Shown piece by piece: positions 51,051 to 61,708 of a stretch of 64,000 bases of DNA. Source of the DNA: Rhizodiscina lignyota (lineage: Eukaryota); the NCBI GenBank assembly GCA_010015805.1, contig ML978128.1, forward strand, positions 682,001-746,000. Direction: 5' to 3'. Numbering within the stretch: position 1 is the stretch's first letter; the number at the start of each line of letters is the position of its first letter. Under the pieces are notes generated by a model. The model made no database searches and was not told where the DNA came from. It saw nothing but the letters and a program-made list of their open reading frames with translations. The translations under genes and the position numbers were made by a program.

Positions 51051-52332
51051 TTATTCCTTCCAGACGAGAATACCCTTCTCGTAAAGTCCAGTAATGATGC
51101 CCATCTTCCGCTTGACGTCTCTCACGGCCGTGCAGGTAGTTCCATATTCAGCACCAATGTAGAGGTCCCTTGTCTTGCCCTCCGGATTACCATCCCACTC
51201 TTTAATCCAACCTGCAGCTCGCGGCCTCTCCGAAGCTGGCTTCCTCCCATCATTTGCGTTATCCAGGTCGTATTCATGGTTAGTTGATGAAACGACTTCC
51301 ATAGTAGGCGGGTACGGATGACCAGCAATGAGTAGTTTCCCGTTGGAGTCAACGCTGATGTTGTCCGGAGCAAATGGAACTCGGATCTTCAGCTTCTGCG
51401 TCAAAGACTTAGTCTCCGGGTCAATAGAGTAGATGTACACATCTGGTCCAGAGGTTGAGGCCGCTGCCAGGGTCGTCTTGTTCAACATCTTGACGCCGTT
51501 GGCGAATCCGAGGCGCGCCAGCGTCCGGACTTCGTTTGTCTTCAAATTCACATACAGCACCTCTCCCAGAGGGAGGCCGAGATATGTCTCGATCTTGGAA
51601 AACGGCTTGAAATTTCTTGCCAGGAAGTAATGGTCGTTTGTTACGAAGAGCTCGTGTTCATTGATTGCCGCAATGGAGTTTGGAGTATGGACCTTGGGAT
51701 GGATGAATGTACGTTCCCACAACAAGTGTTCGCGAGTCGGGCTCAACTTGAATATTTCGATACCAGATCCGGAACTGGCGTGGTTGACGGCAAACACAGT
51801 GTCACTTGCGGGCTCGTATTCGAGACCCAGAGGATGGAACTCGCGGTCTGCTGGAAAGCCGTGGCGACCAAGAGGGTGAAGTAGAGCCTCATCTTCTACA
51901 TCTATCTGAGAATAGAGATACGACCAGATTTCTCCTTCTTTGTGTGATGAGATGAATGTACCCTTTGCATATTAGCCGATATCCGCGAACGGAATAACGA
52001 GAATTTACCATGACCGTATTCCACCAGTCACGGCCTGGATCGCAGCTTAGAAGAGCCATACCAGCATCTTCATCGATCACCGCATCTTCACAATTTCGAA
52101 TGGTATCCTGGAACAAGACCTTGTACGACGAGAAGGCATTCATGGACGGCAGCTTCGCCGGTGTGTTCTTAAGGAACATCTGGCCGAAACCAGTGTATTT
52201 GTCGTATACCCATGGTCCTGCGAGCGCTACAAGCCCAATGAGTATCTATTTTCCTGTTAGCTTGCGAGCTGATAAGCATGGAAAATGTCCGAAGGCTCCG
52301 GCCATGCATACAATTGAGCGTGTTGGAGCCAT
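51051..52332 (-). CDS. Paraoxonase/arylesterase (calcium-dependent phosphotriesterase fold), multi-exon
   Basis: NCED, SCDPGR..WNTVM, FHPLG, VNH, TPNSI, VTNDH, FANG, PDN motifs; N-terminal hydrophobic anchor. Confidence 0.88.
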
Positions 52333-52867
52333 TGTTTCAGCTCTGCTGGATACGTATCAGAACTTGTGGTATTAGAAAAGTCTCTAGGAACGACTTTGGG
52401 AGTTTGAATGTTCCCACTCTGGAAAATGAAAGGCTCTTTTGCTTTGGAGTCAGCTCGTATCAAAAGTTTGAGAGCATCTTACTCCGAGGCCTTACTTGTT
52501 TCGAACATGGCCAAGGATTGGTATCGCTCACATGTCACTCCACAAACCCCTATCCAATCAGTCTTTTTATGATGCTTTTTATAAGTATTTCATATTTTAT
52601 TTGTTAACCATTAATAAATTGCTGGTGATTTCCGATCTTTCTTCCCCGTAAACAGATTTCTCGCTCCGAACGTCTCTCAATGGGCTTCTAACGTATATGT
52701 GTAGTAAAATTAGCTTAATGTGAAAAGAATACAAGTGTCGTTCTTTCATTTAGTTTACCAGTGATTTGATGGTCGATTCGCTCTTTCTTCCCCGGTTTTC
52801 ACTCATACTCCTCCACGGCTACGGCCAACCTCCAATTGATGTTAGAACGTCCAGAAGAAACAGAAAT

Positions 52868-53031
52868 TCGCAAAAGAAAAAGAAATGGACGAAGACATCC
52901 CTTTGACTTGTGTCCTCAGTGATTTGACCCGTTTTCGCACTTTCTTACCCGTTCTTCTCCCAACCCGGCCTCCAGTTGATATCAGAGCGTCAAAAAAGAG
53001 TGGACAGTCGCAAAACAAAAAAATGGACGAA
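52868..53031. repeat. Imperfect ~25-bp direct repeat duplicating the tRNA 3' end and terminator
   Basis: TCGCAAAAGAAAAAGAAATGGACGAA (52868-52893) vs TCGCAAAACAAAAAAATGGACGAA (53008-53031). Confidence 0.55.
53017..53023 (-). terminator. Pol III oligo-T terminator of tRNA-Ala
   Basis: T7 run immediately after discriminator A73 on the minus strand. Confidence 0.8.
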
Positions 53032-53162
53032 TGGGGGATCGAACCCCAGACCTCCCGCAGGCTGGATTGCACTTGTGCAAAGCGGGCGCTCTACCACTGA
53101 GCTATACGCTGAGAGGGATGTAAGCAAAACGGCCATACGCTAGAATTTGGTGGACTCACCCC
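53024..53162 (-). tRNA. tRNA-Ala(UGC) with canonical 16-nt intron (53060-53075) and a putative 51-nt spliceosomal intron (53109-53159) between nt 3 and 4
   Basis: Spliced: GGGCGTA TA GCTCAGTGGTAGAGC G CCCGC TTTGCAT GCGGG AGGTC TGGGG TTCGATC CCCCA TTCGTCC A. Complete cloverleaf, A and B boxes, G3:U70 Ala determinant. Confidence 0.9.
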
Positions 53163-54061
53163 TTGAAAATCATGGCAACGGAAACTGTACTTTAAACATA
53201 TACCTACGAAGACGAAAAAATTTGAAACAATAATTCTCAGCAAAGCAAAAAAATTCATTCATCTTCTCGTGTGCCACAGGGCGAAAATTTTGCACCCACT
53301 ATTCCCGGTATTGCGCACAGTCTATTCGGCGTTCACTGCAAAACTCGGTATGCCGATGATTGGCGGCGGTCCCGACCGGCTGGTTCTAAATTCAGACACA
53401 TTTTCACAGCCCTGAGATTTGGTAGCTGGCGACGCAGGGCGGGTCCTGTAAGGGGCAACAGGTCACACATCAACAGTAAGCCTCGCACTTCCCCCGTCAG
53501 CTCTCCTTTCTAGCCTGCCTCTATCCTCTTTTCACACTCAGCATTAGTATGCCCAAAGACCCTAGCCACCTCGCAAGCTGCACTCTCTGGGTTTGATCCA
53601 CTGCGTGGCGGCGGGTCGCATGCTTATCCCCGACGTTGTATTCTGCAACTCAACGATTCATTCCTTTGCTGGACCTGGTTCAGTACAGACATTCAAGTGG
53701 TTGGCAGGCGACGATTGCGAACTGGCTGAAAATATCATTTGACTATTCGACTGTTTGGCGTGTATCCCTACGTTGGGTTGATCTTCCGGCCGGAATAAGC
53801 GTGTGGATCTCAGTCAGGTCTGATCGTCTTACAGCCGCAAGGAGGGAGTCAGCACCTTGAGGCTGACAGCCACAGTTGATTGGCCAAGACTTGATCCTAA
53901 AGGGTGAGTCTGTGGTAAGATGGAATATACGTGCGAAGGCTCTGGTGATTTCCTGCGCTGTTATTTAATGCCATGCTTCGCCCCTGCTTTCGACATGTAT
54001 CAACTTCCAGCTTTGATTTTCCGCTCTCATACAATCCCCTTTTGGTCAACTGCCTTTCAAA

Positions 54062-54528
54062 ATGGCTACCATAACGATGCAGTGCGAGCCTGTTCAGGTT
54101 TCGACGATGACTCTCAAGACCGAACCTGAACCATCACCTCTTCTTGATCTACCTCTCGACATCATGTTCGAAATCGTGGATCTTCTCCCACTTCATAGCA
54201 AGGTCATCTTCTCCCAAACATGCTCAGATTTGCGCGCTGTAGTAAAGAACGAGACCGCTCAGAAGCTTCTGTCCGCTCCAAGAGCAGAGCGCGTCTCCTA
54301 TCTTCGACTTCGCGAAAAGGCAATGCCCCACTATCGACTTTGCTACATGTGCATGAGGCTCCACAAACTAGAAGTCTAATTCGACGGCTCGCACCACATA
54401 CCTGGTATCAACCCTTGACTCTGTATCCTCCCGATTCCCGAGACGCCGCTAGACCCTGGGTCCCTGGCTGCTTGGGCTCTCGCACGAGATCGAAGAAGGT
54501 CTATATAAACTCCAGCTTCCGGAGTTAA
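54062..54528 (+). pseudogene. Truncated/degenerate F-box protein gene
   Basis: SPLLDLPLDIMFEIVDLLP..SKVIFSQTC F-box plus CxxCxxLH motif, then a stop at 54377-54379 and further stops downstream. Confidence 0.55.
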
Positions 54529-54963
54529 TGCAATACGACATCTTCTGGAGGAATCCATCATGTCATGCTCAAGTCATGAGAGCTGGTGCGCCGTCCGGAA
54601 TCATTCGGACCTTACGATATATTGAGCCAGAGGCCAATATAAAGACGATGACGACAACCACCGTCATGCGATCATGAGGAGAAAGCTCTCTAGACCTGTT
54701 ACCAGCTGATTGTTGCATGCCTCGGTGGAACCGAGCAAGGAATTATTTCCATTCTCGCTAAAAGACTGTTTGGATCGAGATTGAGCGATACCCTAGACTG
54801 GAACACGATTAGACTGTTACTGGAGGATGTTAAAGCAAAGGATATGCATTTCGGTAAACTTTAGAGGGCAAGAATTGTACGAACAGCTACGAGTATGTAA
54901 TATAGGTACTAATGGTCGACACCGCTCGGCTTCGACGGACTTCAAGTCAGACTATGTGACTCA

Positions 54964-56380
54964 TTACAACTTCTGTGTTTCCTTCTTAAAAGATTCATTG
55001 ACTGCAGTCTCAAATTTCTTGTACATCTCGAAACTCTCCGGATCGCCTGGAGGAATCAACTGACTAAAGTAGCATCCACAAATCCCATCCTTCGGATTGA
55101 TCCACCAGAACAGATTCGGATATCCTCCCCATTGCATGCTACCAGCACTCCTCCCCCATGGCAGACTCTCCATGTTCAGGATCCCACCGAGCCCGAAATC
55201 CACTTTGGTTCCAGGCGGAATGTTGCCAGCCAATCCAAACGCTGCAGGGTTAGCATGCATTTTCCTCAAGTGAGAAGGATCTTTAAGGTGTGGCTGGAAC
55301 ATGTATTCGACGGTCGATTTCTTCAGCAGCTTCTCGTCGTTCTTGAGGAGCGAGATGAGCAGCTTGATGTAGTCATTCGCAGTGCTAGCGCAACCACCTC
55401 CGCCGGCATCTCGCACGTTTCGGATCGGACTAGGTGTTGTCGAATCCTCTTCTGCAACTAGTCTCCCTTCGCTGTCGCGTGTCATCATGCTACAAATCCT
55501 TGCTTTGAGATCTGGTCGATCCATAAGACGGAATGTTGTGTCGTTCATCCCGAGCGGGGTCCAGATATTCTTTTGCATATACTGCTCCAATGAGAATCCA
55601 GTGAGGCGCTCGACAATTACACCTGCCCAGTCAATACCATAGCCATAGGACCACTTGGTCTCTGGATCGAAGACGAGCGGAACACGGTACGCTTGCGACA
55701 CTTCTGTACGGTCTTCAGTCGTCTTGGTTGCTTTACGGTTCTGATTGTCCCATTGCCGCCATGCCATCAGTCGGGCGTGCATGAATTCGTAACTCAAACC
55801 AGAGCAATGAGTCAGGAGGTTTCTTCGTTGCTGTTAGCAGTTGATGATGGCTTCTTGTTCATTGTCATACCTTAATGTAATCTTTCCTCTTGCTTTTCGC
55901 AGTCGAGGCATCTGACCTCCTTTACCATCGTCAACCATATCTTCAAGGACATTAATGTCCCTGAACTCCGGCAGAATTCTTTCAGAAACATCGTCATCAA
56001 GGCCGATGAGCCCTCTCTCCACACACTGCACGGCCGAGACAGTAGTCATAAGCTTAGTCATTGATGCAATCCAACACACCGAATCCGTCGTGAATGGTCG
56101 TTGTTCTTCTCTTTGTTCTCTGCCAGGCTTCTTGGAACCTGAAGAGCCTTCCGATGAGAATGCTTTGGCCCATGTTGGACTTGGTGTGTACGTCCCCGAC
56201 GAAACAGCATGCAGTATGTGCCCTGAGAGATGATTAGTAGGAGATGAGAGAGTGTTGCGGAGCCAATGTCTGACCATTCTTGTCTGCTGCTATCATGCAT
56301 CCATTTTGAAGCTTCTTCCCGTCGTTTAGCCTGTTCGTAGCCTCGTGTAGAATCTCATTGAAGGCTTCCATGGCCGCCAT
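54964..56380 (-). CDS. Beta-lactamase-family serine hydrolase / LovD-like transesterase, 3 exons
   Basis: WIASMTK (SxxK), ITLR.LLTHCSG, W.YG.G.DWAG..VERLTG, GGGG, WGG.PNLFWW. Confidence 0.9.
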
Positions 56381-57551
56381 GATGCCTCCGTCAACCAGAA
56401 GAGACCGCTGGATGTGTCGATAACCTGCACGAACAGGATCTCAGGACTTCCCGTTCCACCGACGGGAATACTGGTGACTCTTCACATCATAAAGTCGAAA
56501 TTCTTCAATCGCACTTTACGAGTGCGCCGAAGACATCTTGCCGAGGCAGCTGTGTCTCTACCCCAGATTCATGTACGTCGCTCGGTACTTGTTCCGGTTG
56601 CCGCATTTGGAAGATCGAGGTCCAAGGAGTCGTGAGAATCCCAAGACAGTCACACAGGATCAAAAAGCAGCTCAGGCAAGGTATGTATATTGAGAAATGA
56701 ATGGAATTGGCTAAAAGGATCGACCAGCAGCTGCTCTGCAGTAGCAGTGCCAAAACACTGTAGAATCATCAACCCCTGCACGAAACAAATCGCAGCGTTT
56801 CGCTCATCTCGCCCCGACTTCGACTTCATTCATCAGAACGACCTTCCTTCGCTCAAGCAAATCTATTTTTCTTATTTTCCATATCAGTTTGAAAGAATTC
56901 ATGAAGACAACGGGTTGAAAATACCTAGTGCTTGCATTCTTCGCAGGAGCAAGAGCCACCGCAGTTGCCGGCGCAGCCAGGGCAGGAGGAGCAGGTGCTG
57001 TATCAAAAGCGTCAATTTCGATATTTTCTTGTCAGCAAGAGTGGGTTGGCGTACCAGTCAGCCATGATTTTGATTGATTAGGCAAAGTTGGAGCTGTTAA
57101 ATACTGGTGTGTTTGTTCTGTTGGAGGTACGGGGTGTCTGTGTATGGAGTTCAGCCCGATTCCACGGCCATCAGGGTAACCTTTATACCCAAGCCGGACA
57201 CCTTCTTGGACAACCCCCCCACCACACTCGTGGATTCCTATCTGCAGCCATCAAGGTTGATCACACCCAATGGCAGGAAGACTGCCCGTACAACCGCGAT
57301 TTCCGAGACAATCTGGCCAACGTGGGATAGCACATGAACGAAATTCACCTTATGACAACAGTGAAATGGCCCTTCTTACGCTACATCTGGATCATATGCT
57401 TGGAAGACTCGTCTCTATCGTGACAAAAGGAACAGTGCACATTACGTATACGAGATCATGCGGACGTGTCAGCTCATGAAAGAGTCCACTTACTCCACGC
57501 CAGAAAATGCTGATATCGGACCGTCCCACCAATCAAGGCAGCGACCATGCA

Positions 57552-59273
57552 TCAACCTAGGCCCATCCTCGCCTCATCCCCAATGCCCCAATCATGCTCC
57601 TGCTGCTTGTGGTGCAGCGGAGAATGCACGTCCTCCTCCTCCTCTTCCCTCCTGCCTGTCCCCACGCTTCTCCCACTCCCACTCCCGGCAGCTGCACTCT
57701 TGTCACTCGTCGTGGCACCACTCGAGCGTCTGAACCAGCGCCGTTTCTTCGCACTGGTTGCACTGTCGAGGCTTGCCGTGTCTTCTGGCGCCTGGGAACT
57801 GTACTCCGGTGGTGGATCGTCTGGCGACTTGGACTCTGACTCGTTTTCGGACTGGGCCTCTTTCTCGTTCCCAGACGGGCCAACCTTTGGTGTAGGCGAT
57901 GGCGTTATTTCCGTTGAGGGGGTGACTTCGACCAGCTCGGCGTCGCGGCACCATTTACGGCGGCGGGTGTAGCGGCCCCAGCCGTCCTTATCACGTCTAC
58001 CATTTCTCCACTACCCACGTTTATCAGCGTCACGAGCGGCATGAAGGTAAGAAAAGCAACGTACCTTGTTGTCGTAGTACACCCAGCCCTTCTCCGCGTC
58101 GTCTTTGTCACTCTCATCTATACCTTCCACGTGCCACTGACTCCCTTCAACCCACCGCCACCTGGCATGGCCACCTTCTACTTCGGGCAATGCAAACTGG
58201 TCCTTGGCCTGCGACGGGTTCAGCTCCTCGTCAGTCCAGGAAGCACGCTCATAAGCCAGCATTGAAGAAGTCCACCCAATGCCCAACCAACGCCGCTGAT
58301 TCTCATACAAAGTGAAAGTAAATCGAATTCCAGGAGAAGACGGCTTCCGCTTCGCAACCAACGAGGCAGCGATTTCGTTTGCATTTCTGACCTTTGACGG
58401 AGGCACTGAAGCACCTTCGCTTCCATCTGCACTGACATCCGAGAAGTGCAGACCGGTGATAGCTGCGCAAGCTCGCCGGACCGTCCTCGAACGCCAGAGA
58501 ATAGTGCGTGATACTCGTGCTGGCCGAGAATGCCAGCTGAGAGATATCGTGCCGATGGCTAGGATGACACGCTTCGTGGTGATGAAGTAGAAAGGAGGTA
58601 GTGTAAGCGCGAACCAGATAGGGGACACAAAGAGTATGCGTATGAAGAGTGCTGTTAGAGCAGGTCTAGTAGTAGCAGAGGTCGCAGTCCGCTGGGTGGA
58701 AAGGAAGTCTGTCAGGCGGAGTGCCGGGTCTAGCAGTATGTTGCAGCGGGAGGTAAACAGCTTCAGCTCATCGACAATCTCATCAAGTGACTTGTGGTGA
58801 TGCGTGCTTGGGTCCGAGGGACCGCGTTTGTGTCCTTTCTGTCCCTTCTCGCCAGTCCATCCCGTTGATGAGAGTAAAGAGTATCTCCTTGCGTACATGC
58901 CCAGAATCAGCCCGCTTACCATCACTATCGGTCCTGCCCATCGGATCACTATGTCACCGTATAGAGCCACAGCCCAGAAAGCTGCAACGAGCAGGAAGCT
59001 CTCCCACGGATCTCCGGTGGTCCATGATAGCAACCCAGCAAGCTTGTTCAGAGGTACTATAAACGGATGGGAATACGCAAGAGCTCGTGTGATCTGCGGA
59101 GGTGTAGCGACGAGCAAAGGAGACTTCTGGTGGACTAATATGGTGGAGCGCTGGGCGGCGATGGTCGGATGTCCCAACGTTGCGGGCGAGAAGGCAGCAT
59201 AGGTTGGAGGTTCAGAGCTTGCAACGTTCTGGGAGGAAGAGGCATCGTTCCCGTCGCGTGTCGAGGAGGACAT
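57552..59273 (-). CDS. Peroxin Pex30/Pex31 (Pex23 family; reticulon-like plus dysferlin domain), 2 exons
   Basis: LLSWT..D.WESFL, LSWHS, FTLYENQRRWLGIGW, WRWV, GWVYYDNK|W, YTRRRKWCRDAEL. Confidence 0.88.
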
Positions 59274-59934
59274 AGATTCCAACCAAGGTAAATCTTTGGA
59301 ACGAATTAGCTATCCGAATAATAGGCTCCAGAGCTGGGTGAGCTCAAGGTCCACTAACCAAGCGCGGCCATGCGCGTCACCGCGTCATCGCACGTGGACT
59401 GAGGAGTACGATTACTTCAAATAGCTAGTCGCAAGTTGTTCTGGCGTGCACTACCAAAGTTTCTGAGCTGGAGTGTAAGTCAAAGTACTTCCGCGAAGCA
59501 AACGCGATAGATTGTCGAAGCTGGATGCTAGTCACAGGTCACAGGGCTCCCCGCATGTGAAAGAGAATGGTGAAAGATATCGGAGTTGTTGTGCCCCGGG
59601 ACAATGCCAAACGGCTTTGATATGCCCAAATTTCATGTCGCGGGACCTCAAATTGTCAACTAGTCTAGGTCCGAATGCTAATATCAGACTGGTTCGCGTT
59701 CACGATATGAAATGCAGCATTCCAAGGTTCCTGCAGCTCGCAGCCGAATGAGGCGCCTAGAGTAAATGTCTTGGCGCCCGCGGCGGAACCAGCGGCGCCA
59801 CAACTTTGATCCGCCGAAAAACTTCACGACTTTGACGGGATCGTGTCTTTGCGCCAGCTCGACAATTTAGCGACCCGACATCGGTCTTAACCGTCTCATT
59901 TCATATTCGGTTGCGTGCCACTCGAGCTCACAGG

Positions 59935-60422
59935 ATGGTATGTGACCTTTCACGCTCCCTCGATCGCTGGCAATTTGCCGCACCCCCGAAGCTAACTGCG
60001 TTCCGCAGGCCCACCGAATAATAACTCAAGTCGTCGTCAGCGGAGCTCGAATACTTGGACGGGCAGTTACAGAGTCCTGGAAACAAGCACAGGCATCACA
60101 ACGGTATGCTGCTGCTGCTGGAAAGCAACCAGGCGGCGCGCAAACCTTTGCATCCTCCGGCCTCACACTCGACGAAGCATGCAAGATTCTCAACGTCGCG
60201 CCACCGAAAGGAGGGAAGACGGACATGAACCAAGTAATGGAGCGGTTCAAGAGGTTATTTGATTCGAATGATCCGAAGAAAGGAGGGAGCTTTTATCTAC
60301 AAAGCAAAATATTACGAGCGAGAGAAAGGATAGAACTTGAAGTAAGGGCGGCGGAGGAGAAAGCAGCGCGAGAGCAGGAACTGAAAGAGACACCTTTTCC
60401 AAAGGTATACAAAGACCGGTAG
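59935..60422 (+). CDS. PAM16: Mitochondrial import motor subunit Pam16/Tim16; ATG micro-exon plus exon 60009-60422
   Basis: MAHRIITQVVVSGARILGRA..E.WKQA...GLTLDEACKILNV...RFKRLFDSNDPKKGGSFYLQSKILRARERIE. Confidence 0.95.
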
Positions 60423-60908
60423 CGGGATCGATGAGGAAGTGCATATCGGCATGTCGAGACGAATTTCGAAATCCAATTCGCCACCATCCAGCGCTCTCGC
60501 ATCTTTCACCTGCTTAAGGCATTCAGCGATGCATCACACCCTCCCATAAAGACATTCTATTGGCATAGCAAGGCGTTGGTGGTATTGTTATGATAATTGT
60601 TGTACAAATACAGGCTTCTGGGGTTGCACAAGTTAAGGCATGTGCGGAGATACCAGTCATCAGCTGGGCGCAAGAGCTTGGGATACTCTCTTCTCATTAT
60701 GTATATAACCTGAAATTTCTGGCGAATAAAGCCCCCGTAAGCCATCCCGCACAGCGGCCCCCGCAGAGTTATCTCACCTTTAATTGACACCTACATACTT
60801 TCCGAATTAACCTCCATCAATCTTCCTTTAATGAGTTCAAACTCTTCTGCTAAACAAACCCGCCGTCTTTCGAGTCCCTAAATCTGGAAAAACCTGGAGT
60901 ATTTTAGC

Positions 60909-61130
60909 TTGGGCCCTTGTATCCAAAGCCAAAGAGCCATGCATTGCCACATTCGAGGAAATCAAAGAGTTGCACACGCATTGATGGAGCATAATGCAAA
61001 GGCGGAGGAAATGCTACGGCGTGGATTTACTTTCGATGTGGAAATTGATCAACACATTCAATTGCTGGAGCTGAACTCTTTCGGAGGCATGAGTGGAGGA
61101 CGCGCATGTCCTGTACGGCACACAGAATGA
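60909..61130 (+). pseudogene. Possible remnant of a Cdc123/D123-like ATP-grasp gene
   Basis: GFTFDV...IQLLELNSFGGMSG resembles the C-terminal FDV..LIE.N.FG..SG motif of fungal Cdc123-like proteins; no intact upstream frame. Confidence 0.3.
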
Positions 61131-61708
61131 AGCGACTTTCGAATTGCACTGTGATAAATTCAAAGGAGAAAGCCGTTCTACAATGTGCGAGTTAAGAGTA
61201 GATACTACCTAGGTAGCCGTGAGCGCATTCAAACATGAGGAGAAGTTTCACGCTCAACGCTACTTTACTGTCTTCCTTCATATGTGTGATGTCTCGAAAG
61301 GTAGAACCGCTAGGAATGTAGGATTTGCCGTTCATACTTGCACAGCTCAATACGGGACTTCTTCAACTTGGAAGCTGCGATAACCGTACCGTATCAAATG
61401 ACCCAGATAGACAGTCGTTGCCTTCTGCTGCAGCCAATTGGCTGCTGCGATGTCGTTCTGCCTCACAAGCTAAACTGGATCCGGAAAGGCCGGCCTTGGC
61501 GTTCAAACAACATTTCTTCATTTCATCAGCGCGCCTCCAACTCTTCTGTTTTCCTCCAACACCTCCACACGAAATTCGCGTCGAGCTTGTGCTGGTGAAT
61601 TTCTTTCGATTTCTCAGTTTCGGTGTACACTCATCGTGGTTTTCCTTTGATGACACCGTTTACTGTGAATTAACATCCCGTTCGCCTTCACTTTCGGAGA
61701 ACACCAAA

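Noticed and set aside
48167..53162. TFC6 (TFIIIC subunit) lying near the unusual tRNA
   Set aside because: Separated by an unrelated gene; no evidence beyond proximity.
42902..56380. 2OG oxygenase, paraoxonase and LovD-like hydrolase as a secondary-metabolite cluster
   Set aside because: Interspersed with housekeeping genes (PanK, RING-CH, TFC6), no backbone enzyme, and over 35 kb from the DUF3328 locus.
61325..61708. 128-codon in-frame upstream extension of TRF4 from a TTG
   Set aside because: Composition is not protein-like for this family and there is a good ATG context at 61709; cannot support non-AUG initiation without Ribo-seq.
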